Below, one piece after another: positions 61,169 to 64,000 of a stretch of 64,000 nucleotides of DNA. A model generated the notes under the pieces. It had not been told where the DNA came from. It was given only the letters and a program-made list of their open reading frames with translations, and did no database searches. Made by a program: the position numbers and the translations under genes. Source of the DNA: Nemertoderma westbladi. Taxonomy: Eukaryota; Animalia; Xenacoelomorpha. The DNA is taken from positions 1 to 64,000 of the forward strand of contig JAUCBJ010001005.1 of assembly GCA_032718475.1 (NCBI GenBank). Direction: 5' to 3'. Position 1 is the stretch's first letter; every line of letters starts with the position of its first letter.

Positions 61169-62719
61169 CCCTATTAGTACCGGGCTATAAAATGCTGTAC
61201 AAATACCGGGGGGGGGTCATATTGACCCCTCCCTCTAAAATCTACAAATATTAACGAAAACGTCTGATTTTTTGTTTGTACGTAGGTATCACTAGTCTGG
61301 ATCCGACCGAAAAAAAAAATTTTCAAAAAAATGGACTGGAGTGGTAATATTGCAGCACCAAAATTACAAGTAGTGCACAATTTTCACAAAATTTGAAAGT
61401 TACATTTTTCGGCTAATTGTTTTTTAATACAGGTTTTCTGGGGCGCAAAATACATTGGAAAATATTTAAAAATGATATGATTACCATAAATGGCTGTTTA
61501 GTCCTCTATGCGTAGGAAAAAAATGAAAAAAACAAGTAACCAGCACTTTTCAGTTAGAACACAAAATTTTTAATTCACTTATACGATGCTATAAATTCAC
61601 ATTTTTAGGTTTTCTAGGGCGCTGATTCTAATGGAATACATTTCAAATATGCCAGATCATTGCTACTTGTATTTTTCGGCGTAATTTGGCAAATTTTGGT
61701 GCTAGCACCAAATTTCGTACCCATCACCAAAAAGTACAAGTTTGCGATGTCCAGTGCTGTTTTTATTGTTTCCATCGGATTCAGGACCCTCATAAACCCG
61801 TATAACGCAAGAAACAAGATGATACTATCTACTGATCAATTTACTCATTTTCCAAAATTTGGTGCAAAACAACAATTTTCACCCACCGGCGAAAAATACA
61901 AGTTTGAAAACTCTTATGAAATTTTTACTGATTCCATTGAATTCAGAACCCTAACAAACCCGTATAACGCAAGAAACAAGATGACACAATCAATTGATAT
62001 ATTTGATGGTTTTCAAAATTTGGTGCTAGCACCACATTTTGCACCCACTTCCGAAAAATACAAGTTTGAGATGTCTAGTTCGATAATTATATATTCCATT
62101 GAATTCAGAACAGCCATAAACCTCTAAAATGTAAGAAATAAATTGTCACAAGCAATTTTATCTATTGAATGGATTTTCAAAATTTCGTGCTAGCACCAAA
62201 ATTTGCACACAGCACCGAAAAATACAAGTTTGATACGCTTGGTGCAACTCGTATACATTTCATCGAAACCAGAACCCCAAAAAACCCAAATTGCGTAAAA
62301 AACAAGTTTCAAACAATCAATTTACAAAATTGACATATTTCAAAATTTGGTGCTGGCACCAAAATTTGGCACTCGCCGAAAAAAAAAGTTTGAAATTTCT
62401 AAATCAATTTATATGAATTCCATCCAATTGCTAACACCAAAAAACCGGTGTAAATAAAAAATAGAGATGTTACAATTAATATTTAATGAAATGTAATTTT
62501 CAAAAAACGTCTCAAAAAAAGTGCCAAAAGTAGGGTTAAAAAATGGTGCTATAACTCGAAAACTACCCAATATTTTTGAAAACGGTTTTCACTACTAGGA
62601 AGACAATAGATTTTTAGGAAAAGTCATAAAATTTCAGAATTCCAACTGCGTTTGTTTCAGAATTATAATAAAAAAACCACGGGAGGGGTCATATTGACCC
62701 CCCCCCGGGTTTAATAGGG
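61169..62719. mobile_element. Non-autonomous piggyBac-like element inserted in the spacer of copy C
   Basis: TTAA TSD at 61165-61168 and 62720-62723; ends ccctatta / taataggg; subterminal ggggtcatattgacccc; empty site present in copy A (~3446). Confidence 0.9.
61690..62480. repeat. ~161-bp internal tandem repeat, about 5 units
   Basis: aaattt(t)ggtgctagcaccaaa...aaatacaagtttg recurs at ~61692, 61855, 62014, 62177 and 62340. Confidence 0.85.
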
Positions 62720-63881
62720 TTAAATAATACATATAGTAGCGTGATGTCCTCTAACAGTAGCGTAAAACGCAAATAAATCTGTTAAACCTTTTGACCATCT
62801 GTAATTCTAGTCGATTAAGATATCGCGGCACCCACCGATATACTTGAAAGACAAACTTTGGAATCAGTGGTTAACGTCCCCAGACAAGTTCTGGAATTAA
62901 TCGGTGCCCATCTTAAATATTAATTTAATATTTATTAAAATCTGTAAAATTCAGATCCTTTAAAATTTCTAGTCAATTAAGATATCGCAGCACTTACCGA
63001 TACTCTTAAAGGACAATTTTATAGAATTAAGGATCCTCAGTCCCCAGACATGTTCTGGAACAAAAATTGTGTCAATTTTAACATCAAATAATAAAATTCA
63101 CCAGAATAAATTTAAATTCATATTTTAAATGAATTTCATAAATTGTCATTTTGCGCAATTTATAACATTCCCAAAATTCCATTAATTAATAGATCATGGG
63201 AGCGGAGATTCATCCTATTGAGTGTATTAGAGTGCGAGAATCTCCAACATATAGTCAATAGCTGATAAAATTAATAAAATCATACATAAAGAGGATATTG
63301 ACAATTAAAGAATTACTATTAAATAGCATCCCAGATCTGTATGCATGAGAATTACCCTAATTCTACCGCTAGCATTCCACAATGTCACCATAGCAACACC
63401 CACGCTAGAATTAGAAGCAAGTTAAGAGAACAATAGAAAGCTTGTCCCATTGCATAGTATAGAGAATACATAGCACACTGTTAGTATCCAAGGATACACA
63501 GTAACAACGTGACATTCTGGAAGGCACTGACTAACGGACAAATGGCCTGCATGTGTACAATTTGTGACAGTTGTGTGGAATTTGTGCGTTTATAGGTGAA
63601 TGTTACTGCTAAAGTATGTTTACAGTAGCTAGTCGCAATTGTAAAAGTAGCCCAACTCTCCTATAGAAAGAACCTAAGTGGATCCAAGCCTTTGGGACGG
63701 ACAGTGGAGTGACTTGTGCCGGTTATCGTTGTCGTGCTGTTGCTACATGTTGGCGTAAACACCGCGACGACGGTACATCGGCGCTGAGAATCCCACTGTC
63801 CGGGGGCAAAGAGAAGTAGGCAGCGACGCCCGCTCGCCTAAATATAAACTCATTTGATATTAATAAACTCAGATAGCAGAT

Positions 63882-64000
63882 ATGACGGAGTTGATAGAAG
63901 ATGATCTTGGTATTAGGGAGCGATATACTCTACCTTTGCAAGCATTTGTGGATAGCTTAATACGCGGTGAAGCCGATCCAACCATTACTGAGGACGATGG
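63882..64000 (+). CDS. Start of ORF3 of copy C (truncated by the window)
   Basis: MTELIEDDLGIRERYTLPLQAFVDSL..., matching 4616 onward. Confidence 0.9.
   Translation, partial: MTELIEDDLGIRERYTLPLQAFVDSLIRGEADPTITEDD

Larger units (their letters stand above)
49171..64000 (+). mobile_element. BEL/Pao copy C (same subfamily as A), running off the window
   Basis: 5' LTR, 2.2-kb leader, gag-pol, spacer and the start of ORF3. Confidence 0.95.

Noticed and set aside
61660-62127. 155-aa ORF or CRISPR-like array
   Set aside because: Lies in ~161-bp tandem repeats whose inter-palindrome segments are homologous, not unique spacers; eukaryotic context and no cas genes.
57720-64000. Copies A and C as an assembly duplication
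   Set aside because: They differ by scattered substitutions, distinct stops, LTR indels and a piggyBac-like insertion present only in C.

Overview
AT-rich invertebrate (eukaryotic) genomic DNA, roughly three-quarters LTR retroelements. It holds three copies of one unusually large BEL/Pao family: A (1-10213, +), B (32895-49170, -) and C (49171 to the window end, +, inserted into B's 5' LTR). A solo LTR of a third subfamily (10655-17565) carries a nested Troyka-type element with CG..CG ends and a 3-bp TSD. Host genes are two tandem CAP/SCP genes, ALG13 and SMIM15. There are also SINEs, RTE-like fragments and several MITEs. Two linked features make the BEL/Pao family stand out. (1) After pol it carries a ~1417-aa extra ORF that is not an env; it encodes a WRN/RNase D-like DEDDy 3'-5' exonuclease plus CCHC knuckles and shows strong purifying selection. 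(2) It has no tRNA primer-binding site. The 11 nt abutting the 5' LTR are exactly complementary to an 11-nt site inside the element's own LTR, and the two sites have co-varied between subfamilies, which points to Tf1-like self-priming in a BEL/Pao lineage. All calls were made by eye; no database searches were run.
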